This document shows positions 47,343 to 56,603 of a stretch of 64,000 bases of DNA, in pieces. A program made the position numbers and the translations under genes. The notes below the pieces were generated by a model. That model made no database searches, was not told where the DNA came from, and was given only the letters and a program-made list of their open reading frames with translations. Position 1 is the stretch's first letter, and every line of letters begins with the position of its first letter. The stretch is taken from the IMG/VR virus record IMGVR_UViG_3300032006_001851; one strand, given 5' to 3'. This DNA is from an uncultured virus (IMG/VR IMGVR_UViG_3300032006_001851) (taxonomy: Duplodnaviria > Heunggongvirae > Uroviricota > Caudoviricetes).

Positions 47343-48432
47343 CGTAAAGACTTCCTATTACCTTATTCGCAGTGTTTTCCCAAGAAAATTTGGTTGCCGT
47401 CTCAATTCCAGAAATGTTCACGCCTAAATTCCCCGTTTTTTTGAGTTCATGGATCTCACGAAAATTTTTTACGAGGGACTCATTCTGTTTATCTCCTAAA
47501 CTACCCCACTGCCCTTGATAGAAGAACCATTTTCCGTCATAGGCACTTTCGAGCTTGTCAATTTCTATTAGCCTACAATTTTCCTCGTTACAAAATTCAG
47601 TATGGGCAGAATAGTTTGTTGCAATGACGTGTTTTCCACAACTCATCATTTCTAGCAATTCTAGGTTCCATCCTTCGGCTCTGGATGGAAAAACTCCGCA
47701 ATCAGTTTGCCTCATAATATTATACACATCTTTTTGACTTTGCTGGCGCGGAATCAGCCTTATCTTATCACCCAATCTAGACTTCTTGTACAGATTAGCC
47801 CACTCAGAAGACTCCTCCTCAGATAAAAATGGATTATCACACATCATCCACAATTCTACGTCGTCTGATGGTTCAAAAGCTTCGTTAAAAGCTTCTACTA
47901 TGAAATCATGCCCCTTCCTGAATTCCCATTTGCCACAGTTGAAAAAAATTGTTTCAGACCTATTGGAAACTGTCTCAGTAAAAATACCACGATCAACCCC
48001 AAGGGGTATTACATGGATATTATCACACAGCGTAGTGTTGAGTAGTATCTGTTTCATACAGGATTTTAATATGACCTCTTTGGCCCATTTGGAGCAAACG
48101 AAAATCTTGTCTAGAGAAAGGAGGTGATGCCTCTCCTCCTTGGTGAAGTTGTCTAGCTCAAAAATCGGATATCCTACATGTAACCCTTTCCCCACAAACT
48201 GGCTCATGTTGTGCTGATGCCAGATCCTAATGCATGGGGCATCAAAATTTGGAAGCTGGGAGTTGTTCATGCACTCGGTCACAAGAGGAACATCCTCATC
48301 TGGGATGTTGGGCTGACCTATTACGAATAGCGCTACTTCGTAATCGGATTTAGCGAGAGCCTTTACGACGTTTAATCCCACAACGCCGTATCCCAATTGA
48401 TTTATTGGTGCTATGATGTTTATTTGTTTCAT
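47335..48432 (-). CDS. GT4 glycosyltransferase
   Basis: GKWEFRKG, FPSRAEGWNLELLEMMSCG. Confidence 0.9.
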   Translation of the reverse strand: MKQINIIAPINQLGYGVVGLNVVKALAKSDYEVALFVIGQPNIPDEDVPLVTECMNNSQLPNFDAPCIRIWHQHNMSQFVGKGLHVGYPIFELDNFTKEERHHLLSLDKIFVCSKWAKEVILKSCMKQILLNTTLCDNIHVIPLGVDRGIFTETVSNRSETIFFNCGKWEFRKGHDFIVEAFNEAFEPSDDVELWMMCDNPFLSEEESSEWANLYKKSRLGDKIRLIPRQQSQKDVYNIMRQTDCGVFPSRAEGWNLELLEMMSCGKHVIATNYSAHTEFCNEENCRLIEIDKLESAYDGKWFFYQGQWGSLGDKQNESLVKNFREIHELKKTGNLGVNISGIETATKFSWENTANKVIGSLYDG

Positions 48433-48434
48433 TA

Positions 48435-49388
48435 TTATTCAAGAAGCTTTCGTGCAGAGTCAATTTCGTTTTTCCAGTACGACAGATCTGCCATGTCTAG
48501 ATTTTCCATTTTAGGCTTGATCTCTTTAAACTTACTTTCAAGATTTTCCAAGGTTATATCTGCTAAGCCGTCTACAATTAGGATTGGTAGGTCAGACAGG
48601 TATCTGGTTGTGGGGGAAGAAAGAACTACAGGAATTACCCCAAGATAGATGCATTCTAATATGCGGTAAGAATCTATCCCGTTTCCTTCTGGACACAAGC
48701 AATAGAGATGAGACGATAACTCGTCCAAGTATTCCTTGAAGTCTTTCGGTTCTTCTACTACGGTTATCCAAGGAATTTGAGCAGAAAGAAAGTAGGATTT
48801 TATCTGCTGTCTTTCTACAGTATAGTTCTGCCAGTTTATATAAAGAAGATTTTTCTTGTCTTCATAGGGATATCTCGGCGCGGAAAATAACTCGTCACTG
48901 GCATCTTTACCAACACCCAGAGGTATACCCTGCACCCTTCCGTCTGTCAGAAGCGGGTTCACCAGAAACCATTTCACTACGTTGTCTGGGATTGTGGGTA
49001 TGGTTGCTCTGGTAAATGAATAACATTTGATGGAGTATTTATCATCTATATTGCAGTTGTCTGGATCACATCTAGGGGGGATTACTAGCGGGTTATACCC
49101 CTGTTCTAAAATTGCGTGTTCTACGAAAGGAATCCACCTAAGCATATCTCTTGCAACCGGATGTTCGTCTTGATACCCAAGACCGAAGTCGCTAAATGCG
49201 CTAACGACAATGTATTTATTGTCTGTGTCGTTACACTTCTTAAAAAAATCAGGAATGTGTTCTATGTTGCAGTAGACCACTCCCTGTTCAGGTATGGAAT
49301 CATCAGCGTGATCGTTCTCATAATTGCAATCACCCAAATCCATCCAAGACTTTACGTTGATATAATTTTCTCTTTCCACTTGTTTCAT
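48435..49388 (-). CDS. Exostosin/GT47-like glycosyltransferase
   Basis: YCLCPEGNGIDSYRILECIYLGVIPV. Confidence 0.75.
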   Translation of the reverse strand: MKQVERENYINVKSWMDLGDCNYENDHADDSIPEQGVVYCNIEHIPDFFKKCNDTDNKYIVVSAFSDFGLGYQDEHPVARDMLRWIPFVEHAILEQGYNPLVIPPRCDPDNCNIDDKYSIKCYSFTRATIPTIPDNVVKWFLVNPLLTDGRVQGIPLGVGKDASDELFSAPRYPYEDKKNLLYINWQNYTVERQQIKSYFLSAQIPWITVVEEPKDFKEYLDELSSHLYCLCPEGNGIDSYRILECIYLGVIPVVLSSPTTRYLSDLPILIVDGLADITLENLESKFKEIKPKMENLDMADLSYWKNEIDSARKLLE

Positions 49389-49442
49389 GATTCTCACTCG
49401 GTACGAGGTATGGCGCAATCACCGGGAAGGGTTAAGCAGGAC

Positions 49443-49475
49443 AAAATAAAAAGGAGCAGTAATCGCTTACTGCTC
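49443..49475 (-). terminator. Rho-independent terminator
   Basis: GAGCAGTAA-GCGA-TTACTGCTC then T-run. Confidence 0.8.
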
Positions 49476-49679
49476 TTACTTAAAGTATCGTTTTACGAAT
49501 TCCCATTCTGCGTTATTGTATATCTCCTTAACGCAGGAGCCTAAGAATGGGTGTGCTTTTTTAGCCTCCATATATAGCATATGAAAATGGGGTTGAATAG
49601 ACTCAACTGGTCCGTTCAACCCCTTGTTTTCAATGTAGTCGCAAATTATATGGGTAGCTCTATTGGGATATTCTACCAT
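49476..49679 (-). CDS. Small hypothetical protein
   Basis: 67-aa ORF ending at the terminator. Confidence 0.5.
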   Translation of the reverse strand: MVEYPNRATHIICDYIENKGLNGPVESIQPHFHMLYMEAKKAHPFLGSCVKEIYNNAEWEFVKRYFK

Positions 49680-49842
49680 CTATTTCTTTGTACTCTCCCA
49701 TATAAAGCAGTTAACAGAACACCATAAAAATACCTCAGTGAAGTAAGATGGTGCAAATTTATTTACAACCGCTGAGATAAGCGCGGCCCACATAAATACA
49801 GAACCGAAGAACTTGCAGTCAAACCTAAAACCTAAGTCAAAC

Positions 49843-50178
49843 CTAGACACTGAAACTCTCCCCGCAACCACATCCTCCTGATGCATTAGGGTTGTCGAAT
49901 GTAAACCCACGCTTCATTAAGTCCTCATGCCAGTCGATTGTAGTTCCGATCATAAATGGCTCACTCTTTTTGTCGACAACAATATCAATACCATTTTGAG
50001 GGTAGACATTATCCATATTTTGTGACAGTGTTTCCTTCTCCACAAATCCCATTTTATACTGAAAGCCAGAGCATCCACCTCCAGAGACACTTACCCGAAG
50101 CAACCTATTGGTCGCTTCGGGTGTGTCTGACATTACTCTCTCTAGCTCCTTAACTGCTGCATCAGTTAAAGTTATCAT
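49843..50178 (-). CDS. iscA: A-type Fe-S carrier (HesB/IscA/ErpA family)
   Basis: ITLTDAAV, GGGCSGFQY, FDNPNASGGCGCGESF. Confidence 0.93.
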   Translation of the reverse strand: MITLTDAAVKELERVMSDTPEATNRLLRVSVSGGGCSGFQYKMGFVEKETLSQNMDNVYPQNGIDIVVDKKSEPFMIGTTIDWHEDLMKRGFTFDNPNASGGCGCGESFSV

Positions 50179-51413
50179 AGAATGACCTTTGCGTCACTCT
50201 CTACGAAGTATCTTGGACGACCAGCAAAATCAATTTTCTGAGTTTGAGGATCAATTCCAAAATGAGCAAACAAAGTAGCAGTAACATCCTTTGGGCCAAA
50301 TGGGTCGCTCTTTGGAGTTTCCACCTTGGAAGTAGACTCTCCAATTGCCCTACCCATTTCAAAATCACCACCACTAAACATAAGAGGGCTAAGCTGTGGC
50401 CAGTGATCCCTACCACCATTCTTATTAACACGGTAGGTTCGACCAAACTCTCCTGTTACCACTAGCAGCACATTCTTGCTCATGCCTCTGTCTTGCAAAT
50501 CATCAATAAAGGTTGACAGAGCATGGTCAAGAGGAGGCATCCTTCCATTGAGAGCGTTGGCGATATTGCCGTGCATATCCCAGCCCCCGTAGTGAAGGGT
50601 CACAAACTTAGTGCCATTTTCAACTAACCTACGAGCCAGAAGCATTTGCTCTCCGAGACCCTTGCCATATTTCTTACGGTTTGGTTCTGGCTCTTTATTT
50701 AGGTCAAAGGCTTCGCTAGCCTTACCAAGAATAAGCCCGAATGACTGCTTACGCAAATCAGGCCAGATTTCAAGATCGTTCTTAATCTTGAGATTATCCA
50801 GTCCACCGATCAGATCACGTCTTTCGAGGAAGCGATTGTTTTCAATTCTAGACTTGAGGTTTTGGACACCCTCGCCGCTTGCCTCATAAGGCTTGTACTG
50901 GCCACCTAGCCAAGCAGGTCCATCAAAGCTAATGCCATTAACCCTAACGTATGTGGGCATACCATTTAGAGGATGATTAGCTCCATACATCGAAGACATT
51001 ACAGAACCATACGAAGGCTCTTGCTGCATTGATTGCGGGGTATTGTCAGTTGAGTTGTGGCCTGTCATTACCCAATGGGTTCCAGTTCTATGACTAGAGT
51101 TCCTGTGAGCGAATGACCTAACTACTGAAATCTTATCACTTCTACTAGCTAGCTTAATGAAGTTACCACCGAGTAGAAAGTCTCCATTCGTCATGATTGA
51201 ACCAGTAGTGGATCGTACTCCAACTGGGGCCGAAGGCTTGGGGTCAAAGGTTTCGATATGTGTTGCCCCACCTCCCAGCCACAACCACACTACCGATTTC
51301 TCACTAGTAGGAAGATTTGCTGCATTAGCATCTGTCAAACCTACGGAGGAAAGAGCAGCACTGATGCCGCCAACCTTCATGAAATCTCTTCGATTGAATT
51401 GGACGTTAAACAT
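50175..51413 (-). CDS. DUF1501-like protein with a Tat signal peptide
   Basis: NRRDFMK twin-Arg; LWLGGGATHIETFDPKP, LLARRLVENG, GWDMH, GEFGRT, GRDHWP. Confidence 0.88.
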   Translation of the reverse strand: MFNVQFNRRDFMKVGGISAALSSVGLTDANAANLPTSEKSVVWLWLGGGATHIETFDPKPSAPVGVRSTTGSIMTNGDFLLGGNFIKLASRSDKISVVRSFAHRNSSHRTGTHWVMTGHNSTDNTPQSMQQEPSYGSVMSSMYGANHPLNGMPTYVRVNGISFDGPAWLGGQYKPYEASGEGVQNLKSRIENNRFLERRDLIGGLDNLKIKNDLEIWPDLRKQSFGLILGKASEAFDLNKEPEPNRKKYGKGLGEQMLLARRLVENGTKFVTLHYGGWDMHGNIANALNGRMPPLDHALSTFIDDLQDRGMSKNVLLVVTGEFGRTYRVNKNGGRDHWPQLSPLMFSGGDFEMGRAIGESTSKVETPKSDPFGPKDVTATLFAHFGIDPQTQKIDFAGRPRYFVESDAKVIL

Positions 51414-51664
51414 TAGTTCTCCTTTTTGTACCATTTTAGACGGCTTGTATTGTATCTATTGGGGTCCGCTAGACCATTGTCGAGTCTGTTTGTATCCGTT
51501 ATATAGTAACCATGTTCATCCTCAATAACAACTTTATTTTCCTCATTTATATATCCGGTCTTCTCATCATCAACCATTGAAGCATGACTGCCATACCTTG
51601 TTGGGTACTTGTAAGGCTCTGGGGGCTTGATAACCCTTCTCTGTTTAAGCTGTCGTACCATCAC
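51413..51664 (-). CDS. Small hypothetical protein
   Basis: 83-aa coupled ORF. Confidence 0.55.
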   Translation of the reverse strand: MMVRQLKQRRVIKPPEPYKYPTRYGSHASMVDDEKTGYINEENKVVIEDEHGYYITDTNRLDNGLADPNRYNTSRLKWYKKEN

Positions 51665-52211
51665 TTACTCCGTATACTTTCTTAAAATCAAAAAATCTCC
51701 ATCTGTCTAGATGATCTACTTCTTCGTCGGAATCTACCTTTCTTAGATAAGAGAGCAGGTCTGCCCAGTTGGAAAAGATTAGCTCGTGCGGTATCACACC
51801 AAAAAGCCAGTTCGGTAGGTTGTCCTTACCTTGCTCACATTTAATAAGAACTGGCTTCTTCTGGAAGATCGCCATAAATGCCTCGTGATAAGATCCGCAC
51901 ATATGAACATCAACATCTAGGCTTACAATAAGAAAATGTGCGATGTCTACCATGCGCAAGTCTACAGCGCAAATGGGCTTCATGATCTCAGAAACCTTTT
52001 TATAGTTGCCCACTTCCTTGTAGTAGTGTATGGCATTTCTAGTGCTTTCATCCTCTGGAGCAAAATCACTAGGCTTGTTACATGGATTGTAAACGCCAAC
52101 TCCTAGATCATACAGATGGGGGGTTATCCACTCTCGCCATCCCTCACCGCCATCAGGAACTCTATCCATAGCACCGCATAGATAACAGGTCATGCTTTTT
52201 AATCTATTCAT
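51645..52211 (-). CDS. Nucleoside 2-deoxyribosyltransferase-like protein
   Basis: YLCGAM, WRE, YNP, DLRMVD, GSYHE...A, KKPV. Confidence 0.75.
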   Translation of the reverse strand: MNRLKSMTCYLCGAMDRVPDGGEGWREWITPHLYDLGVGVYNPCNKPSDFAPEDESTRNAIHYYKEVGNYKKVSEIMKPICAVDLRMVDIAHFLIVSLDVDVHMCGSYHEAFMAIFQKKPVLIKCEQGKDNLPNWLFGVIPHELIFSNWADLLSYLRKVDSDEEVDHLDRWRFFDFKKVYGVSDGTTA

Positions 52212-52221
52212 TTTCGTCTCC

Positions 52222-52247
52222 AAAAAAACCCCCCCTTTCGGGGGGGT
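52222..52247 (-). terminator. Rho-independent terminator
   Basis: C7-GAAA-G7 stem-loop followed by T7. Confidence 0.9.
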
Positions 52248-52253
52248 CGCCTG

Positions 52254-52703
52254 TTACTTCTTTGACCTTCGATAAATGTCTTGCAGAAGATCTTCTACTT
52301 TGACATATTCCTTATCCCTAGCCAAATCCATAACAAGCTGTTCGGCCTCTGATTGCTGATGCCCCATTGAAGTGAGGGTTGCTATGGCATCTTCCACAAC
52401 CTGAGAGCCTGTTAAAAATGAAGCAGCCTCCTGCTCCGATAGTTTTGATTGCATGATGTTTTTCATCACCCAATCTCTTGCTTTTCCATCACCAGACTTA
52501 GCTTTCTCTATTGCCTGACGGCAAATGATATCCCAGTCATTATCGGTGATGGGTCCATCATCTCGTTCATCTTCATAGAGGACAACGTGTTGTGTATTGT
52601 TTTCAGCAATCACAGAACGTATTCCCCAGACAAATGCCAAGATGCACAGTATGGTATAAAAAACAGATATAATACCGTTCATACCCTCTAGGTTACTTTC
52701 CAT
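52254..52703 (-). CDS. TM protein with a RuvA C-terminal-like helical domain
   Basis: N-terminal TM; EDAIATLTSMGHQQSEAEQLV...VEDLLQ. Confidence 0.5.
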   Translation of the reverse strand: MESNLEGMNGIISVFYTILCILAFVWGIRSVIAENNTQHVVLYEDERDDGPITDNDWDIICRQAIEKAKSGDGKARDWVMKNIMQSKLSEQEAASFLTGSQVVEDAIATLTSMGHQQSEAEQLVMDLARDKEYVKVEDLLQDIYRRSKK

Positions 52704-52714
52704 GTCCTAACCCC

Positions 52715-53578
52715 TTAGTTAAGGTCAGGGTCATAACCGTGGTCGGTCCAGTCCTGTTCGTCATATTCCTCACGATCTTCTTGTCCCATCATAGCAGACA
52801 TAAATCTAGCAAAGTCTTCCTGACTCCACTCCTGACTATTCTGATGGTGAACAGGCTGGTTAAGTGGTCCCTCATAATCAGCAACCACTTCGTATGAACA
52901 AGTGCGAACCTTCTGGCACTCACAATCAAGAGGCACAGAAACAACGTCTCTTGGGTTCACCTTAACGATGACCACTTTATCATCGGTTTCTGGATCACCA
53001 GTAATGCGACTGTAGCCTTCCACATACTCGATTGCGCCACAATGAAGACCTTCGCTGCAACCAACGTCACAGTTGTCATCTACCTTACGGCGCTTCATGC
53101 CTACTTGCTGACCAACACTATTATCAATAGTGCCAGACCACTTATCCTTGTAGTCATGAGTCACAGCCTTGTATGCCAGAAAACACCCATCATCAGTAAT
53201 GGGAAGATTCTTATGCTCAAGGAAGGTGTACAATTCCTGAACAGCGCGATTGCTAGGATTGTCAAGCACATTAGTAAGGAAGTTCAGCATAGGCTTGAAC
53301 GGAAAACCGTCTCGCATCATTGACATGACACGATCAGCAAGCGTGTTGTGAATCTCCTCGCCTTCGTACTTCAGGATACCATTACTAATCTCAACTTTTC
53401 CCTCTGAGTAATTAACCAATGACTCAGGGATATTAAGCAACGGAATCAAGCTAACTACATCATTAGCTACAAGGCATTCCTTAATCGCCAAGTAGTTGGG
53501 ATGGTCATAACCAACAGTGTGACTTTCGTTGTTCACAACGATTGTCATAGTTCCGTTACCGCTTACAATGTAATTCAT
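52715..53578 (-). CDS. rIIB: rIIB-like protein
   Basis: ELYTFL, ITDDGCFLAYKAV, CSEGLH, VKVNPRDVVSVP, KVRTCSYEV. Confidence 0.88.
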   Translation of the reverse strand: MNYIVSGNGTMTIVVNNESHTVGYDHPNYLAIKECLVANDVVSLIPLLNIPESLVNYSEGKVEISNGILKYEGEEIHNTLADRVMSMMRDGFPFKPMLNFLTNVLDNPSNRAVQELYTFLEHKNLPITDDGCFLAYKAVTHDYKDKWSGTIDNSVGQQVGMKRRKVDDNCDVGCSEGLHCGAIEYVEGYSRITGDPETDDKVVIVKVNPRDVVSVPLDCECQKVRTCSYEVVADYEGPLNQPVHHQNSQEWSQEDFARFMSAMMGQEDREEYDEQDWTDHGYDPDLN

Positions 53579-53597
53579 TTTCAATACCTTTTTTAAG

Positions 53598-53819
53598 TTA
53601 CGCAGACTGACAAACTTTAAGACCGCTAACCTTGCTCACGCTAAACGACTTGGTATCTACATCATTTTCGATGGTGAAAAACGGGCCTTGGGGACCAACC
53701 CCAAAATCAACCAACTCACCATGACGAGGCTTGTCATTGTAAGTGAACTCAATGTCACTGTTCAAAGCCTTATCCAAAATGTCCTTCAACTCATTAAAAC
53801 TCTTTCCACTAATTCTCAT
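53598..53819 (-). CDS. Small protein, possible WYL/SH3-like fold
   Basis: IEFTY..KPR...KSFSVSKV; lies between rIIA and rIIB. Confidence 0.45.
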   Translation of the reverse strand: MRISGKSFNELKDILDKALNSDIEFTYNDKPRHGELVDFGVGPQGPFFTIENDVDTKSFSVSKVSGLKVCQSA

Positions 53820-56013
53820 CTTTACTTTCCTTTTCCATAAACTCCACATAACGTGCCAACTCTTTGATAGCTTCACTCGGTTTGTCGAAATGACTTGAAC
53901 CAAAGTTATGGCACACAGCTTTGACAAGGGGATACTTCTCCCACAATGCCTTCTCCGCTTTGTCAAAATCCTCCTTACTAATACCGTTACTGATCTTCTC
54001 TACTTTTATTTCTGCACAGTTCACCAATGTCTTAACTGCTCTATATTCTTCACTCTCTTCTACCTGTTCTGATACATAGAGCTTCATGAAGTTCTTGAGG
54101 TCGTTATCTGTCTCAGTCAGATTACTGAGTTTCAGGACATCTTCATAATCAATATGATGATTCTGATAACGGAACAGGTCGGAACGACCCTCTCTCATTC
54201 CAATTATAGTGCGATAGCCTTTGTTGTCAAGATAGTCTTCGGCAATTTCTTCAGCTTTGTCAAAGATATTGACCCAAACACCAGCCGCTTCCAGATCACG
54301 AAACTTCTTACTGTTCTTAACTGCTGTCTTAACACCATAGATTTTATCAATACTAATACCGAGTTTGGCACATTTAGCAATAATAGTCTGGAGAACCTCA
54401 CACCTGTTGCTATAATCACCCCACTGTTGCTTAGGGTTCTTAAACTTGTACCTATTGATCTCTACAAAGTAGCCACCTTCCTTGAGGTCTTTGTCAACAT
54501 CATCCCAGTTATTATTAGCTTTTCCCCACATTGAAGTGCTACCATTCCAAACAGCAATCTTAGTTCTAGCTTCAGTATCGGAATAAGAACTAGAGTTATC
54601 CGGTCTAGGCAAATCAGATGCCAGATAAAGATCACTATCCTTGCAACCCAGAGTATCCTTAAGTTCTTGGATAGCAGTATCGTCACCCTTAACAAGATAG
54701 ACCCTAAAGCCCGTATCAGAACTTCCCCATCTGTTATGGCTAGTATTGTCCTTAACAAGTTGCTTGGTCCTACCAATAGCACCGCGCTTAAGGTCATCTA
54801 CATAGATAACATAGTTACCCTTGGGAGCAATACCAGTTTTGCCATCTCTTTGGATTGCTTCTTTCCATCCGTCCCTGTAGAACATCACTACACTAAGACC
54901 ATCAATATGTCCTGTCTTAATGTGATAACCCCACTGGGTACTCTCAGGGAATAGCTTCTCACCCCTCCATACAGCATTTTCCTTGTTGATACTTTGACCG
55001 ATTCTACCTAGCTGACGATCTGAGTCACAAATCTCAACGAATTGCTTCCTAGCATCCCAGAGGGTTTCAGCATCCTCAATTGACTGCTCAACAATACCAG
55101 CAGCCTGTTCGAGAACTTGCTCGCACTTTCTAATGATAGCCTTCTGAGTGTAGTCATTATAGCTAAGAGATTCACGAGAAGGCGTGATATTAATTTCACC
55201 AATGTCAAAGAACAAATCTATCTTTGACAACAATACCGACTTAATCTCATTCGGGAAATCACCCAAGGCGTCTTGGTCAATCTCATAGCAGACTTGACCC
55301 ATGATAGCACTGGCGTAATAATTAGTTCCACTACCATCATGAACAGACCAGCCGTCACCTTCAAGAAGATACTTAACTGGTTCGAGTTCAATGTTCTGAC
55401 CAGAGACTTTAGGCTTAACTTTGAAGTATGCGTAAAGCTCTTCAGACTCCTCTTTAAACCTGTCAAAGTCATTATCATAAGTATGAGACTGCACAGGGAA
55501 GCTAACCCTCAAACCGTTAGGTTCGCTGGTATCCTTTTCATGAAGCATGGCAAACACAGGTTCTTCACGCTCATTCTTATACGCTGTGTAGGTACGATGC
55601 TTACCATTATAGAATGACTCAACAGTAAAGCTATCGTTATAAGCGAAGGGTGACTTACTACCAAGACCCATACATCCAACAGCGTCATTACTCTCGGTTC
55701 GATTGGACCGAAAATAGGTAGTATACAGGTCCATGCAATCTTCATGAGAAAGACCTGTACCAAAATCCCGAATAGAAAAATGGGGTTCCATCGAATTAGG
55801 CAAGTGAACCTCGAAGGGAACATCCTTCTTGCCAGCATCAATGTGAGAGTCGTAAGCATTTGTACTAAGCTCACGAACAACCGCTCTAATCTTGTTGGCA
55901 TACAAGCCATCAGAAAGAATAGAGAAGGCTTTTGCGGTGGCATCAATAGTGTAATTCGATTCCTCGAACTGCCCCGACCTCTCGATCACGTTAACATTTT
56001 TATTCAACTTCAT
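53809..56013 (-). CDS. rIIA: rIIA-like protein (N-terminal GHKL ATPase)
   Basis: ILSDGLY, VVRELSTNAYD, IRDFGTG, GCMGLGSKSPFAY, ITPSRESLSY; adjacent rIIB. Confidence 0.88.
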   Translation of the reverse strand: MKLNKNVNVIERSGQFEESNYTIDATAKAFSILSDGLYANKIRAVVRELSTNAYDSHIDAGKKDVPFEVHLPNSMEPHFSIRDFGTGLSHEDCMDLYTTYFRSNRTESNDAVGCMGLGSKSPFAYNDSFTVESFYNGKHRTYTAYKNEREEPVFAMLHEKDTSEPNGLRVSFPVQSHTYDNDFDRFKEESEELYAYFKVKPKVSGQNIELEPVKYLLEGDGWSVHDGSGTNYYASAIMGQVCYEIDQDALGDFPNEIKSVLLSKIDLFFDIGEINITPSRESLSYNDYTQKAIIRKCEQVLEQAAGIVEQSIEDAETLWDARKQFVEICDSDRQLGRIGQSINKENAVWRGEKLFPESTQWGYHIKTGHIDGLSVVMFYRDGWKEAIQRDGKTGIAPKGNYVIYVDDLKRGAIGRTKQLVKDNTSHNRWGSSDTGFRVYLVKGDDTAIQELKDTLGCKDSDLYLASDLPRPDNSSSYSDTEARTKIAVWNGSTSMWGKANNNWDDVDKDLKEGGYFVEINRYKFKNPKQQWGDYSNRCEVLQTIIAKCAKLGISIDKIYGVKTAVKNSKKFRDLEAAGVWVNIFDKAEEIAEDYLDNKGYRTIIGMREGRSDLFRYQNHHIDYEDVLKLSNLTETDNDLKNFMKLYVSEQVEESEEYRAVKTLVNCAEIKVEKISNGISKEDFDKAEKALWEKYPLVKAVCHNFGSSHFDKPSEAIKELARYVEFMEKESKDEN

Positions 56014-56057
56014 TTTAGCAACCCTCATCCAAAACAGTGTTCGATCAATCTACACCA

Positions 56058-56085
56058 ATTCTAGCACGGGATTGCGGGATGTCAA
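56058..56085 (-). promoter_or_regulatory. Sigma70-type early promoter
   Basis: TTGACA, 16-nt spacer, TAGAAT with TGn extended -10, upstream of rIIA. Confidence 0.8.
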
Positions 56086-56573
56086 GCAGAAACTTGTGTG
56101 CCAACCCCATTTTTTAAAAGTTTTTTCACTGGTCTAACTATGTAATGTCCAAGAAACCCACCAATCCTTGGCATACCAAGAGAGGTTCTTATATAGTTTT
56201 CCAGCCTAGTTAACGGGCATATCTCTCTAGTGAATGTAACCGTAAGGATAAAACTATTGAGAGGCATCCATACTAAAAGTGGATACATAAATGGTAATAT
56301 AAAAAAGGCAAGAATATTTACAGTGATTACAAAGTGATGGAAGGTTATCAGAGAATATAGAGCTATCTTCTTTAGCCGATCTTTCTTGCGGCTTCCGGTT
56401 CTATCTTTATAAAGTTCCTTGAGCATTTCAAGGCTAACTTTTAATGAGTCGTTATCAGTGTGTTGACCGATTTCTTGTTCTAGTCTTGCTGTGAGTTCTC
56501 TAGCATCGTCTGCATCAAGGAAATCATCCATTATTTCAACGATACCATTTGCTTCTTGTACGCTTGTCGGCAT
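56082..56573 (-). CDS. Membrane protein with a DUF2784-like C-terminal part
   Basis: TM helices followed by CPLTRLE...GGFLGHYI. Confidence 0.55.
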   Translation of the reverse strand: MPTSVQEANGIVEIMDDFLDADDARELTARLEQEIGQHTDNDSLKVSLEMLKELYKDRTGSRKKDRLKKIALYSLITFHHFVITVNILAFFILPFMYPLLVWMPLNSFILTVTFTREICPLTRLENYIRTSLGMPRIGGFLGHYIVRPVKKLLKNGVGTQVSA

Positions 56574-56603
56574 TTTTAAACCTTTCTACCATCTCGTTTC
56601 TGG

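Noticed and set aside
47718..47727. Third GTGTATAATA copy as a promoter
   Set aside because: It lies inside the GT4 coding sequence about 375 nt from the next start; it may be chance.
49680..49910. 76-aa ORF overlapping iscA
   Set aside because: The start is uncertain and overlaps iscA by 68 nt; a shorter hydrophobic peptide may exist but cannot be supported.
54204..55946. Alternative-frame minus-strand ORFs within rIIA
   Set aside because: Explained by the biased codon usage of rIIA; no motifs or ribosome-binding sites.
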